A DNA stretch of 64,000 nucleotides from Octopus sinensis (lineage: Eukaryota), in assembly GCF_006345805.1 (NCBI RefSeq), contig NC_043006.1:53630001-53694000 (forward strand), written 5' to 3'. Positions 1 to 12,120 of this stretch are shown in pieces. The notes below the pieces were generated by a model, which had not been told where the DNA came from, did no database searches, and saw nothing but the letters and a program-made list of their open reading frames with translations. The stretch's first letter is position 1, and the number at the start of each line of letters is the position of its first letter. Position numbers and translations under genes: made by a program.

Positions 1-560
1 GACATGCTAGCCTGTCATTTGGAATATCCCAGAAACAGCTGTAAGACTTCAAATTAACCTTACCCTAATTAAATTATTATTAATGACTTGAGATACTTGT
101 TCTGCCTTGGTTTTGATGTCCCTTTCCTCTAATGTGTACCTGTTAACACAGAAGCCAAATATGGATCCCTAACAGATGACCAATTATATTATTAATTAAA
201 TTATTAATAATGACTTGAGATACTCGTTCTGCCTTGATTTTGATGTCTTTTTCCTCACATCATTTTACATGTTTTTCCATGCTAGCCTGGGATGAACAGC
301 AAGTTATCTGAAGCAGGATTTTACCGCTAAATACTTTTCCTGTTGCTGATCCTTGCTTGTTTTGCAACTATGGGAATTTCTTATTCCACAGGTTTTCAAA
401 AATATTGTGTAGCCAGACGTAATATCACTGTTTTACAGTTAAGCTGTGGGATGTCACCATTCATACATATTTACAAGCATGCACACACAACACACAAACA
501 CACATCCATGATGGCTGCAATTCAATTTTGAACAATGTCACTGCTTATTCATTCCCTTAA

Positions 561-781
561 CCCTTTCGTTATCAACCCAGCCAAAACCAGATCTGGCTCT
601 GTAGTACAAATGTCTTTTTTTCATAAGTTTTGCATCAAAATATACCACCAAACCTTAGTCGCAATTTATATTCCTATTACTAGCTTAATGATAACTAAGT
701 TATTTTACTAAATTCTTCATTATATTTAAAATAATTGAAAGAAACACGGAGCATCTCAAAATAAATACAGTAACGAAAAGG
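561..781. mobile_element. Non-autonomous piggyBac-like element (MITE)
   Basis: TTAA at 557-560 and 782-785 flank terminal inverted repeats CCCTTTCGTTA / TAACGAAAAGG (1 mismatch). TTAA target duplication plus CCC termini are established piggyBac hallmarks. Confidence 0.8.
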
Positions 782-1338
782 TTAAACATAAGCAGCATGA
801 ATAAGGCTTTTCAATCTTGCTAGGGACCAACAGTCCTTTGCACAGATGTGGTAACAATGCACGCCTTTTGTAGCAAGTGTTCAGACAGCTTACAACCCAT
901 GCTTATACATGCCTTCATTTCATCATGCAATTTTTCATTTAATGTTTAGCCTTTTTGACTATGGCCGGCCATAATACAAAACACATAACAGACGATAAAA
1001 ATCAAGCAATACCTATGGTGGAAACTTTTTAAAGTGAGGACATATCTTATACAGGGCCAGTCCCATTCTCCAAACAATGTATGTATTTGCCCCCAAAAGA
1101 AGAACTAGTCTGTATCATTGGATGCAAATGAAATGAATTAATTTACCCTTTGACAGTTTTTCTTTTTCAACCTGCCGATTGTTCAATGGAAGCCACGCTC
1201 CTTACTAAGCAGGCTTGGTAGGGTTGCTGGTTTAGTCTCTGATGGCCCAACACCATGTGACAGGTTGTACTGCGTTACATGTTATCAGTAGCACTAAGAG
1301 TGACCTGACTTACACACATAAACATACACACACACATG

Positions 1339-1375
<37 letters not shown>

Positions 1376-1390
1376 CATCATCATCATCAT

Positions 1391-1441
<51 letters not shown>

Positions 1442-1443
1442 TA

Positions 1444-2345
1444 CAAGGGGGTACCCAAAAATAACCGGAAACATTCTCTGGGAGACAAGCCTGTTGTAGT
1501 TCAGGCTTCTGCCACTTATTGTGACCCTCAGGCATCAGTTTGCCGACTGCTGGTGGCATGTGGAGTCATACTGCCACGTGATGTCTTTGTTTTGCAGTGC
1601 TTCTCTCTTGTTCATCAATTTTTGTGATGGCTAAAATGAAAGGAACAGCATGCTTCTGTGAAATTCTGTTTTCAGCTGGGGAAAACTGTGGTCAAAACTG
1701 TTGCCATGCTTCAAACAGCGTACAAGGACACTGCCATGAGCAGAACACAAGTTTATGAGTCGTTTCCATGCTTTAGGAATAATCACTTGTCATTTGAAGA
1801 CCAACCTTGTTCAGGACAACCATCAACCTCTTGAACAAATGAAAACATGAAAAGTCATGACCTGATCTTGAAGGACCATTGCCAAACAATTGACAAACTT
1901 GTTGATATGACTGGTGTGTCCTAGAGCTCCAGCCAATGAATTTTGAGTGAGGAATTGTGAATGAAAAGTGTTGCAGCAAAATTTGTGCCTGCTTGCTCAC
2001 AGAAGATCAAATGCAGTCACGACTCAATGTGTATCATGAACTGAAAGAACAGCTGGAAGTTGATCTGGACCTTTTTTTTTTTTTTTTTGAAGGTCATCAC
2101 TGTTGATGAAAGCTGGTGCTATGGAATTTGCAGATGTGGAAGAGGTGAAAAAAAAAACAATGGAGGCATTAAAAGACATCACTTTGCAAGAATACCAGCA
2201 CTGCTTCAATTAGTGGAAAATGCACCTGGACCAATGTATTTTTTGCAAATGGAGAATACTTTGAAGGTGATAAAAGTTTAAGCATGTAAAACTAAGTGAA
2301 TAAAATAATATCGCAAAATTCCTGTTTTTTGGGGGTAGCCCTGCA
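1444..2345 (+). mobile_element. Decayed, internally deleted Tc1/mariner transposon
   Basis: TA-flanked imperfect TIRs (CAAGGGGGTACCCAAAAATAACCGGAA / TTCCTGTTTTTTGGGGGTAGCCCTG). Broken translation gives mariner motifs (VKFCFQLGKT, AAKFVP, KVITVDESWCYG), then jumps to the C-terminal FADVEEVKKKT...NGEYFEGD. Multiple stops and frameshifts. Confidence 0.88.
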
Positions 2346-3594
2346 TACACATACACACACATACGTATTGATGCACTCAACAAACTTTCTACAGTTTCCA
2401 TCTATCAAATTCCCACACTGAATAGCCCACACAGTGTTGGGCTATTCAGGGCAACAGTGATATTTCTAATTTTAACCGTTGTGTGTTTGTTGACTTTCCT
2501 GGCTTACTTTTTGCAGGGTTTATTAACCTACACTTGGTGTTAGTAGCAAAGATCTTTTTTTGGTCCTTAGGAGTTACATAGGTATTGCATTTAGCTAAAC
2601 ACTATATAGTGGAACTTCAGTTTACAAATGTAATTTATTCCTGAAGGCTGTTCATAAACTGAAATTGTTTTTCCCATAGGAAATTCTAGAGAAGGCATGG
2701 CAAATTCAAGCAGGGATGTGCATTGAGCAAAAACTAGACAGAACTAACACTTTCTCCTACTGATAGCCTCAGTTTGTGCCAACCTTTGTTGCTGGCTGCA
2801 TGATCTTTACTGGAAACACTGTTTGGCACCCAAGAGGTTTTATGTTAAAAAAATTGTTCATAAATCAATTTCTGCATGATGAGAGGGATTTGGAAACTGA
2901 GGTTCCACCGTACTTCTTTCTTTAATTAATGCTGATTTTTTCTTTAGTTCAAAATGTGTAAATTTTTGTTGAAGTCCTTAATAGACATGACATTAGGTTT
3001 CAAATTATGTTCAAAATTATTACTTTATTTTTTAAATTTTACTAGTTATCTCTAGGAATTCCTGAGTTCTTTAAATTGGTGGGCAGCTCTGGATTTCCTG
3101 TATATCTTTGAATTATTATAAGCTTTTTTTTTTTAATGTTGACAGTTGTTTTGATTTTAATCAATATTCCTATGTAGGCTACGGGGTGATTGATGACTTG
3201 AGTCAATAGGTTAACAGACAACCAGTCTAAGATTAGCAGTTTGTCTCCTCACCAGTGCTGTACTGCCTTCATGAGCAAGACACTTTAACAAAAGTAGCAT
3301 TGTATACTGTTCTGAACATGAACAGCAATATAGTTCATTAATTTGTATTGCTGAGTTTAGTCAGAGAAGGTGTTGAATCAAACTTGTCACAGCTGTGTGG
3401 CCAAATGTACTTAGGCAGTAACAATGATCTTTAAATGGCAGTTATACAGATGGAAAAGGTTTTTTTGTCTTTAATGCAATAATGGGTTGTAGACCCAATA
3501 TACTGCCTAGTTTAATACTCTATTGCTACTTATATTATTTTAGTGGTTTCAGCTATTGGACTCTGGCCATAATGGAGCACCACTTTCAATGGCT

Positions 3595-3870
3595 TAGTTA
3601 AGTTAAGTTAAGTTAATTTTTTGGCTCAAAAAGCAAAAAGTAGGGGGACATGGAGTTATGTACAGGGAGGGTGTTCATGCAAAGAGTTCAGGCCATTTCT
3701 GGTCAAAAGAGAATTTGAACCGAGCGGCTGTCGGCATCTTCACTATCTCGTCCAGCAGCTTATTCCACGGATCCGCAACCTGGACGGAAAAAGCTCCTCT
3801 CCTTCGATTGAGATGAAATCAACTCAGTATTTTTATCGCTACTGTGGAGGGAACCTGTGGAATAGGTAGA
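3595..3870 (-). mobile_element. 5'-truncated CR1/L2-like LINE 3' end with (TTAAC)n tail
   Basis: Minus strand reads SFSVQVADPWNKLLDEIVKMPTAARFKFSFDQKWPELFA*, resembling the C-terminus of CR1-group ORF2. A (TTAAC)n tail follows at ~3595-3616. Confidence 0.6.
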
Positions 3871-4374
3871 CCCAGGAAGACATGGTATGAGATGGTGAAG
3901 CATGATCTTTGGACATTAGGTCTCATGTAGGTAATTTGCTGTGTTTGAGAAGACCTGTCAAGCCAAGTGAAATCGTAGTTGTAGCCAGTGCTAGTGACAC
4001 CTAAAAGCACTCACTACACTCTTGGAGTGGTTGGTTTTAGGAAGGGCATCCAGCTGTAGAAACATTGCCAGATCAGATTGGATCCTGGTACAGCTCTCTA
4101 GCTTACCAGTCCCAAGCAAACCATCTAACCCATGCCAGCATGGAAAATAAATGCACCTGTGCTGGTGGCATGTAAAAAGTACCATTCGAGTGTTGGGCCT
4201 CACAGAGGTAATGACAAATGATCAAGATCTTTGACAATATGCTGTGCTTGAGAAGACCCATCAAGCCAAGTGAAATTGTAGTTGTGGCAGATATTGGTGT
4301 TAGGAAGGGCATCCAGCCATAGAAACCATCCAACCCATGCCAGAACGGATAACAGATGTTAAATGATGATGATG

Positions 4375-4435
4375 TAGTGGTTAGGATTCCTAGCTTTCAC
4401 CCAGGTAGACCAGGGTTCAATTCTTGGTATGGGAA
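4375..4435 (+). pseudogene. tRNA-Glu(TTC) pseudogene lacking its 5' end
   Basis: TAGTGGTTAGGATTCCTAGCTTTCACCCAGGTAGACCAGGGTTCAATTCTTGGTATGGGAA aligns by eye to metazoan tRNA-Glu-TTC from about nt 13 to the discriminator. The TTC anticodon is retained, several CpG-type changes are present, and the 5' acceptor strand is absent. Confidence 0.75.
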
Positions 4436-4975
4436 CAATTATAGGTGCAGGCAAAGCTGAGTGGTAAGAAGTATGCTTCCCAACTATATGGTTCTGAGTT
4501 CAGTCCCACTGCGTGGCATCTTGGGCAAGTGTCTTCTACCATAGCTGTTAAAAATGAATATTTAAATATATTATTATTCATACTGTGTAATGTGTAGGGG
4601 AAGAATTACAAAAGTTTGATAAATTTGCCAATATGCAAATTAGCTTACTTTCTTGTGTTTTAAACAATGTTTTCTCTGTAGGTAGCTATAAGTTCTGGTC
4701 TTTTGCCAGAACAGGCAGGTCAAGTCGAGCCTGACAATGGTGAACACATTTTAAAACCAGTTATTTCAGTAACCTTGCTGTTTAGCTATAACCAATTGAG
4801 TGTATCTCTAAAGATGCATTCCACACACACACACATATGAACAAAGTTAACAGTCTTTGTGTGTTTTTGAATAGCTAATATGTGCCTTCCATACTGTTAT
4901 TGTTATAGTTTCAACACATTTGTCTCAGATGTAATCACTTGCCAAACAAGTACACCTCTGAAATATATATGGATA

Positions 4976-5036
<61 letters not shown>

Positions 5037-5176
5037 ATCTATCCATTTATTTGAATATCTATCTCTCTATCTATGTACCTATCTATTTATCTGTCTGTCT
5101 GTCTATATCTATCTATCTATCTATCTGTCTGTCTATCTCTCTATCTATCTGTCTATCTCTATCTATCTATCTATTT
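4976..5176. repeat. Compound microsatellite (CT)n-(AT)n-(CTAT/CTGT)n
   Basis: Directly visible; it generates the spurious ORFs 4880..5200 and 4939..5310. Confidence 0.95.
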
Positions 5177-5728
5177 GTGTGTTTGTGTGTATTTGTTTAA
5201 ACATTGACAACTGTATGATTGTATTGAATAGTTTAAAGTATAGAAATAAATACAATATAGTCCTGATATATTATTTGATTATGCCCAAACTTTGTTGGCC
5301 TAAATTATAGCATTAAAAAAAATCAATAAACTGAAAATTAGTATCTGTGTTATGGTTGATAATTATTGAGATTATTGACAAAAGTGGAAGGGGTTGATAT
5401 TTCTGTCATAATTGTGGCTTTAATAATTGTAGGTTAGTGGAGAGGGCATTACTGGTAGTGAGCCTGTCAGGCAAATACTTCGTTATTCATATGCCATACT
5501 GTTTTGTATTATAACCTTACTAGGCTGGGACTCTACACATCATCCTTCAGTCATTCTAATAAATATCAAATATATATATATATTATATATATATATATAT
5601 AAAAAGGGAACTCCATTATCTATACTGGTTCTCTCTTTCTGCCTTTCTCCCTCCCCCTCTCTCCTCATTTCTTCTAGCATTCACTCTGTCTAGTCAAGAG
5701 ATAACTGCAATATCATTATTATTATTAT

Positions 5729-6280
5729 TGAGTGAGAGTGCAGGGCATACCATCAAAGTGACACTGGGGTAAAATATATGATGCCCAGTATACCCATCAT
5801 GACTACCTGTCTGATAAGGGTACACCAGGCACATGCATCACAACCAACTGTGCATGACATGGTGATATAGTAGGATAAACAGCACATAACCTTGCAGGTG
5901 GGGGCCCAGTTAGAATTTTCTTCTGGTTGAGTAGACCATCCACTCAAAAGGTCCCTGAATAAGGATTGTTTAAGGATCTTGAATGAACCACCCATATTTC
6001 CAAAGGTGAATTATCCAAACCTCAAAGAATTCCTTTCAACACACGGCTATGATACCCCCCACTACTTCTGCTTGTGATTAGAGATGCACATATCGTCAGC
6101 CACTAAAGGACATGGTCAACTGGTTAAGGTCAAATAACTGACAAGCAAATCTGTGGTATTGAGCAGAATATTTGCTGTAGCCCATCTTTTATACCAACAC
6201 AAAACAATGTACATGATAACACTTCCAATCAGTTATGGTCAGAAGCCATGAGAGCCACTGCCTGGTACTGCATCAGGGTA
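5729..6280. mobile_element. ~550-bp interspersed repeat embedded in (ATT)n tracts (copy 1)
   Basis: Near full-length second copy at ~53604-54150 and partial inverted copy at ~46392-46573, with (ATT)n/(AAT)n at the intact ends. Class not determinable. Confidence 0.75.
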
Positions 6281-6918
6281 TTTATTATTATTAGTAGTAA
6301 TAGTAGTGGTGGTGGTGGTGGCAGCTCCTCCTCCTCACTGGATAAAATGCTTAACAGCATTTTGTCCCTCATTGCGTTCTGAGTTCAAATTTTGCCAAGG
6401 TCAACTTTACATTTCATTCTTTTGGGATTGATAAAATAAGCACCTGTCGAGCACTGGGGTTGATGTGACTGACTTACTACCCCACCCAAAATTTCTGGTA
6501 TAGTGCCAAAATTTGAAACGAATAATAGTAGTAAACATCATTCCAGTTTTCAGCTCAATGTCCTTCTAAAACTTTAGGTTACTTCAAATTTGTTTATGGC
6601 ATATTTTAACTTCTAAAGGCAAATTCACTGCAGTTACAGTGAAGAAGAAATTCCTTCTTACAATAAAAATTACCATATACAATTTAATTTTTTGACCAGA
6701 TATCAATATTGAGACAGTTTCTTCTAGATTCACACTATTTGGAAGCCATTCTTGTCATGCACATCACATCAGGAAAATGAAAACTGTAACCACAGATATT
6801 GTTATCCAGCAAATTCATTAGCATTTTTTGAAATTTCAGTGTTATTGTAAATAAACAACATTAGGCTTTTTATGTTGCTCTGGAGCAGCTCAAAGTAATT
6901 AGCAGTTAATATTTTCAT

Positions 6919-7820
6919 ATGATAAAAGGCATTTTGTGCAATGTCATGTATGTTATGTATGTAACAGAGAAAATCATTTTTGTGTGTAGCAGGTGTATAG
7001 GTACAATAAACACTAGAAATGTACAGAAAATAGACTCTGGGAGAAAAAGCCAGGAAGGATACTTAGAAGTAGTGGATAGCTTCCGTTATGTAGGTGACCA
7101 ACTCAACAGTGGTGGTGGATACTCTGAGAGCATAGCTGCTAGAATAAGAATAGGCTGGGCAAAGTTCAGAGAGATTCTACCTTTGTTGGTAACAAAGGGC
7201 CCCTCTCTTAGAATGAAAGACAGATTGTATGATGCCTGTGAAACATGAGCTATGACTGCAGAGAACATGTGAAGGCTTGAAAGAAATTAAACTAGTATGC
7301 TTCACTGGATGTACAATGTCAGTGTGCATGTACAACAGAGTGTAAACATCTTCAGAGAAAAATTGGACATAAGATGCATCAGATGTGGTGTGCAGGAGAG
7401 ACGATTGCACAGGTATGGTCATGTGATGCATATGGATGAGGACAGATGTGTAGAGAAGTGCCGATCACTATCTGTGAAGGGAATCTGTGAAAGCAGAAGA
7501 CCCAAGATGGTGAAGCGTAATATTCAGATGTTGGGTGTCATGGAGGCAATGACATGATCAAGACCTTTGGCAATTTGCTGTGCTTGAGAAGACCCTACAA
7601 GCTAAGTGGGATCATGGTCATAGCCAGTGCTAGTGACACATAAAAGGCACCCATGCCAGTGACACATAGAAGACACTCACTGCACTCTTGCAGTGGTTGG
7701 CATTTGGAAGGGCATCCAGCCGTAGAAACCAGACAGGAGCCTGGTACAGCTCTCCAGCTTACAGTTCCTGTCAAACCATCTAACTCATGCTAGCATGGAA
7801 AATGGACACTAAATGATAAT
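6919..7820 (+). mobile_element. RTE-clade LINE, 5'-truncated and decayed (RT C-terminal region plus 3' end)
   Basis: ORF fragments LEVVDSFRYVGDQLNSGGG...ARIRIGWAKFREILPLL and RRLHRYGHVMHMDEDR are typical of the RTE ORF2 C-terminus. The 3' segment (GGAAGGGCATCCAGC...CATGCTAGCATGGAAAA...ATGAT) recurs as many short copies in the window. Confidence 0.8.
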
Positions 7821-8124
7821 GGTGATACACTTTATGGATCCTCTTCAAAAAATTCAACATAAATTCCAGATTAAAATATTTGTTGTCAAATTTTACTGTG
7901 AAAATTAAATCAATAAAATCCTTGTAAATGTTTAAGATTTACAGCTTAGAGCTTTCATGATTTGCTTCTCTGACTGTCACATACATTGTACAAGATTGGC
8001 CCTTAAGTAAGTTTGACAGAAAGAAAAAAATTATTTAAAAAAAAGGAGCCCTTTTATTGACTTAATCTCTCTAGATTGTAACAGACTTATCACTATTTCC
8101 TTCTTTTTCAGACTGACATCATCC

Positions 8125-8352
8125 ATGTCTGAGGGGAAAGATATGTTTCCCCGATCAACGATCCAAGAAGCCAACCGGCACTTGCAGGCACTCTACCACA
8201 GAGTTGATGAACTGGAAAGCATCATAAATGAGCAACAGTTGAAGCAGTTGGCTGCCGATGAAGCCTTTAAAGAAAAAATAAATGAAATCAATCGCAGTCA
8301 TGACACTGAAGTGAAGGTGTTGGACATGAGATTAAGAGATTTAGAAAAAGAT
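8125..8352 (+). CDS. VMAC: VMAC-like (vimentin-type intermediate filament-associated coiled-coil) protein, coding exon 1
   Basis: Polypyrimidine/AG acceptor ends at 8111, ATG at 8125, donor GAT|GTCAGT at 8353 (phase 0). IQEANRHLQALYHRVDELE resembles human VMAC IREANAHLAAVHRRAAELE (recalled, not searched). Confidence 0.78.
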
Positions 8353-9055
8353 GTCAGTATAAATTTATTTTATTGTTATAATCATAATCATTGTTACCTT
8401 GACTACTATAGCCATTAGCATCATTATAACAGCTGTTTTTCTTAATACTATAACAGTAAGCAAAATGATAATAGCTGTTATTTCTATCACATACAGCCAT
8501 GTCTGCAAGGTTAAGAAGCTTGCTCTCCAATCATGTGATCTTTGGTTCAGTCCCACTGCCCAGCACCTTGGGTGTCTTGTTCTATAGTTCTACTATAGCT
8601 CCAGGCCAAGCAAAACTTTCTGAGTAGATTTGATAGATAGAAACTGCAAAATGCCTTCATATCATCATTGTCATTGTCATTTAATGTCTGCCTTCCATGA
8701 TGATGTGAGTTGGATTGTTTGACAGGAACTGATGAGTCCAGTGGATTGCACTGAGTTCTACTGCCTATTTTAGCAAGGAATCTATAGCTGGATGTCCTTT
8801 CCAACCTCATATACATACACACACATATATATAGAGAGAGAGAGGGTGGGGAGATATCATCATTTAACATACAGTTCAACGAACTAGCAAACCTGTGGGC
8901 TGTGCTATAAGCTTCATGTTTTTTGTGTGTACCTTTATCCTGACATCACGTGATGGTTGCAAACTGCATTATCATCATCATCATCATAAAGCAATGTTAT
9001 TAATTTCTCGTCTTCTATGAAAAACATGTCTAGCCATGGGGAAATATTATCTTGT

Positions 9056-9333
9056 TGTAGTGAGTGCGCGATTTGAATATAGAGGCACCTACCTTCTCTT
9101 CGTAGTGACGGAGACCCTCCAGTGATGACTAGTCCTTCCTCACAGCCCTGACCCGAACACTAACGATAGCAGCTGCTAGCCCCAAACCCTTAGCGACATC
9201 CTCACACGTCTTGTCACCTGCACGACCCACGTTGGAAAGGGCAATTTCCGCTCCCTACGCATGCCTGACAGCTGACCCCTTCCGCTTGCCCCAGCTTCCG
9301 GTCAACGCACCTGGCTGCTGACGTCATCCCACA
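9056..9333 (-). repeat. 3' LTR of gypsy element 1
   Basis: Direct repeat of 12924-13201. Preceded on the element sense strand by a short purine-rich tract AGGGTGGCG (9334-9342), a probable PPT. Confidence 0.95.
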
Positions 9334-9409
9334 CGCCACCCTGATCTTAAAGATCACAATCTCTCCGCTCCATGTTGTAGTCCACCATCTAACCGGGAGA
9401 GCGCCTTGC

Positions 9410-9990
9410 TCATCGAGATCTTCTCAAGCTGGGCACCTCGTTCTCCCCCTCTCCAGAATCATCGTCCGTCGAAGCAACAATCCTGTGAAGGTCCAAGACG
9501 TGTCGTGGTGTTCCATCTACGGATACGTTGCTTCTGGAATTGATCGCCATCACCGTTCCTCTGCTCCATTGAGACGTACAGCGCGCCTTTGGTGGCTTGA
9601 CCCAGACTTCCTCCCCTATTTTCACGCGAACGGGTCCCTTCTCTTCTTCGTGACCCTCCGGCGCTTTGCTCGGGTGCCTCCATTCATATTTGAACACAGC
9701 TCTCTGCGGTACAGATTCCTCAGCTTGTCCGGATCGGGGAGACAAGTTGTACCAAAAAACTGCTTCAAGCGGCGAAATGTGCCCCCTTTCCGCTATGGCC
9801 TTGACTGTCCGATGGTGCCTCTCCACGATCCCGTTACCGCTCGGCCTATACACTGCTCTGAACAAGCGTCGCACATTCCACCGATCAAGCATAATCCTCA
9901 ATGCTTCCGAACGAAACGCCGCCCCGTTGTCCATCAGTAGTTCTTCCACGGGACCTCTTTCTAAAAATATCCCGTTCAGGATCTGCACGA
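9410..9990 (-). CDS. Integrase core and C-terminus, continuing pol in a shifted frame
   Basis: MDNGAAF (second D), GIVERHHRT (E) and the C-terminal IGEEVWVKPP...QWSRGTV module. Separated from the upstream pol by a frameshift near 9990. Confidence 0.88.
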
Positions 9991-12120
9991 TCTCAACTCC
10001 CTCCAAATGGCCAGCCTGCCCGGCCCACAGTCGACCATGGAGAGGTACATTCGCTGACGGTAGTGTGTCACATCCACAGCTAGCCTTTTCCAGTTCTGCT
10101 CCACGGAAAGGCTTCCCTGTTCATGCCCACACGGAGCAGGGTCGATGGACTGACACCTGTCGCAGCTCCCGACCACCTTCCGGACGCTTCTCCTAGTGAC
10201 GTCAGCATCAGTTTTTTTTGCTAGATACAGGGTCCTGTCCACACCCAGGTGATGCATAGCATGCAGTTTCTTCAGTTCAGAGTCATCCAACCGACACGCC
10301 GCAGCTATCCCTTTCCGGGCCTCCTCCGGTTCTTCTAACCACGCTCTTTTCACCCTGGTCAGTACGTCTGCCCTGTTTTTCTCCGAAGGCACGAAAACCA
10401 CGCTCAGCTTCAGTCCGAATTCGGCGATCAATTCACCTAGAACTCCTAGACGGCGCTTCACTAACATCTCCGCAGCACCTTTCGTCCGCACCCTCCTGTC
10501 ACCGGTGATCACCGATCCTACCCAGCCAAGCACAGTGGCCGAATCCGTCCGCATTTCAATCGTGAGCAGCCCCCATTTCAAGGCCAAGTTCACCCCTCTC
10601 AGCAGCGTGTCTAATTCGGCGACATTGATGTGGTTGAAATCATCTGCTTTCCGAAGCCAGGCCACGTCCTCCACCGCTGTGCCTTCGATTGCCAACACCA
10701 CCCCTATCGCTATACTGCTAGCATCACACCAGACAGTCCCGCATTTCGTCTTGGGCACGTACCAGTTCCCCCTGACCGGGTCTTCCGCTCTTGTCCTCTC
10801 TAGAATCTCCTGCATCATCGCCACCGTCCCTTCTCCCACCTTGTCGCCCCACCTCTCTCCTTCTGCTCGTCTCTTGGTGTAACTACACGCCGTGCGCAGC
10901 CATCCAGCGATCGGGTAATGACCGACCAACTTCCCACACACCGAGAACAGCTCTCTCCTGCTGACGCTGGAACTCAGCTCTAGGATTTCATTTCCTCTCC
11001 GGAACACCAATTCACCTGATCCATCTCTTCGCAGCTTCAGCCCCAGCGCGGCTCCCCCTTCAATCGACTCCGGTGGCTTAGCAATCAGTCCGAACTTCTC
11101 CAGATGTCTAACTACCTCGTCGGCTGGCACTACAGTTTCGTCCACCAAAATGTCGTCAATGTAGGAGCCGGTGGCCTTTCTAATCTTGCCGTCTTTCCCT
11201 AGGACGGACCTAAGCACTGCCGCCATGATCTTCAGAGCGGAATTCAGCCCAAAACCCAGCCTGGTTAGACAGTACGTCCGGTTCTTGTACCGCACCAGCT
11301 GATATTGCCATAGTTTGTCGCTCACATGGAGCTGCAAGTATGCCGATCTCAAGTCGACAATTGTCGCTGCCTCAGTCGACTGTCTCCACTTATGTAATGC
11401 CTCACCACAAACGTCTGTCGCCTCACCTCCCGTGTGACACGATATGTGCTGGTTTAGCTCCCTGAAGTCCAGCACCGGTCTGACTTTTCCCTTCGTAGGC
11501 TGCATCACCGCTATCAGGGGTAGCACTCCGCCCGCTACCTCCTCCTTCCACCTCTCCACCTCGTCTTCAAACTCGACCCTGGCGTGGCCTTTCAGGGTAT
11601 GCTGGTAACAGCTCACCCTGTTCTCCAGCGTCGGGGGCTCGTCCTTCCATCGCCACTCTATCGTCCACCGCTGACCATCGAACGCCGCCTGAAAGTCTTT
11701 GTCCTCGATGGTGTAAGCGGCGCAGTCCCTCGTGGGGCTCTGCTCTCTCTGGCGATCCTGACTCGCAGTGCACGACGCCCCCACGCTTCCGAACGTGACC
11801 TCATTTCCCACAACACTGACGCCACCGAGGCAGTTGATGGCGTCCATCCCCATCACCACATCAACTCCATCTATCACGCGTTCGGCCACAATTGCCTGCA
11901 GCCTTAGCGTCGCGCCGCGCACCACTATCTCTACCTTGCTGCTGCCTCTGCAACGGATTTCGCTGCCGTCGACCGCCCGGACACTACTCACCCCGTTCCA
12001 TTCCTTCGTCACCCTCGAAGTCACCAGGTTGGTCGTACAGCCCGTAACCACAAGGGCCTTGAACGTCTCCCCCTCAGCCTCCACGTCAATCAATGGCAGC
12101 GTCTCCAATAGCGCCTCTAC
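9976..12120 (-). CDS. pol: Pol: protease-RT-RNase H-integrase N-terminus (frameshifted)
   Basis: Protease site ALVVTG (the DTG Asp is replaced by Val). RT motifs VRPVLDFRELN, DLRSAYLQL, YIDDILV. RNase H motifs WCDAS, AELD, RTDS, NRADVLTR. Integrase HHCC (HAMHHLG...CDRC) and first catalytic D (LAVDVTH). The frame is open from 12120 with no in-frame ATG at the start. Confidence 0.9.
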   Translation of the reverse strand, partial: VEALLETLPLIDVEAEGETFKALVVTGCTTNLVTSRVTKEWNGVSSVRAVDGSEIRCRGSSKVEIVVRGATLRLQAIVAERVIDGVDVVMGMDAINCLGGVSVVGNEVTFGSVGASCTASQDRQREQSPTRDCAAYTIEDKDFQAAFDGQRWTIEWRWKDEPPTLENRVSCYQHTLKGHARVEFEDEVERWKEEVAGGVLPLIAVMQPTKGKVRPVLDFRELNQHISCHTGGEATDVCGEALHKWRQSTEAATIVDLRSAYLQLHVSDKLWQYQLVRYKNRTYCLTRLGFGLNSALKIMAAVLRSVLGKDGKIRKATGSYIDDILVDETVVPADEVVRHLEKFGLIAKPPESIEGGAALGLKLRRDGSGELVFRRGNEILELSSSVSRRELFSVCGKLVGHYPIAGWLRTACSYTKRRAEGERWGDKVGEGTVAMMQEILERTRAEDPVRGNWYVPKTKCGTVWCDASSIAIGVVLAIEGTAVEDVAWLRKADDFNHINVAELDTLLRGVNLALKWGLLTIEMRTDSATVLGWVGSVITGDRRVRTKGAAEMLVKRRLGVLGELIAEFGLKLSVVFVPSEKNRADVLTRVKRAWLEEPEEARKGIAAACRLDDSELKKLHAMHHLGVDRTLYLAKKTDADVTRRSVRKVVGSCDRCQSIDPAPCGHEQGSLSVEQNWKRLAVDVTHYRQRMYLSMVDCGPGRLAIWRELRSCRS

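Noticed and set aside
66-258. ~65-bp imperfect direct repeat (66-130, 193-258) and a 23-bp minisatellite near 27510-27570 as a CRISPR-like or functional array
   Set aside because: Only 2-3 degenerate units with no regular unique spacers; ordinary local duplication in a eukaryotic genome.
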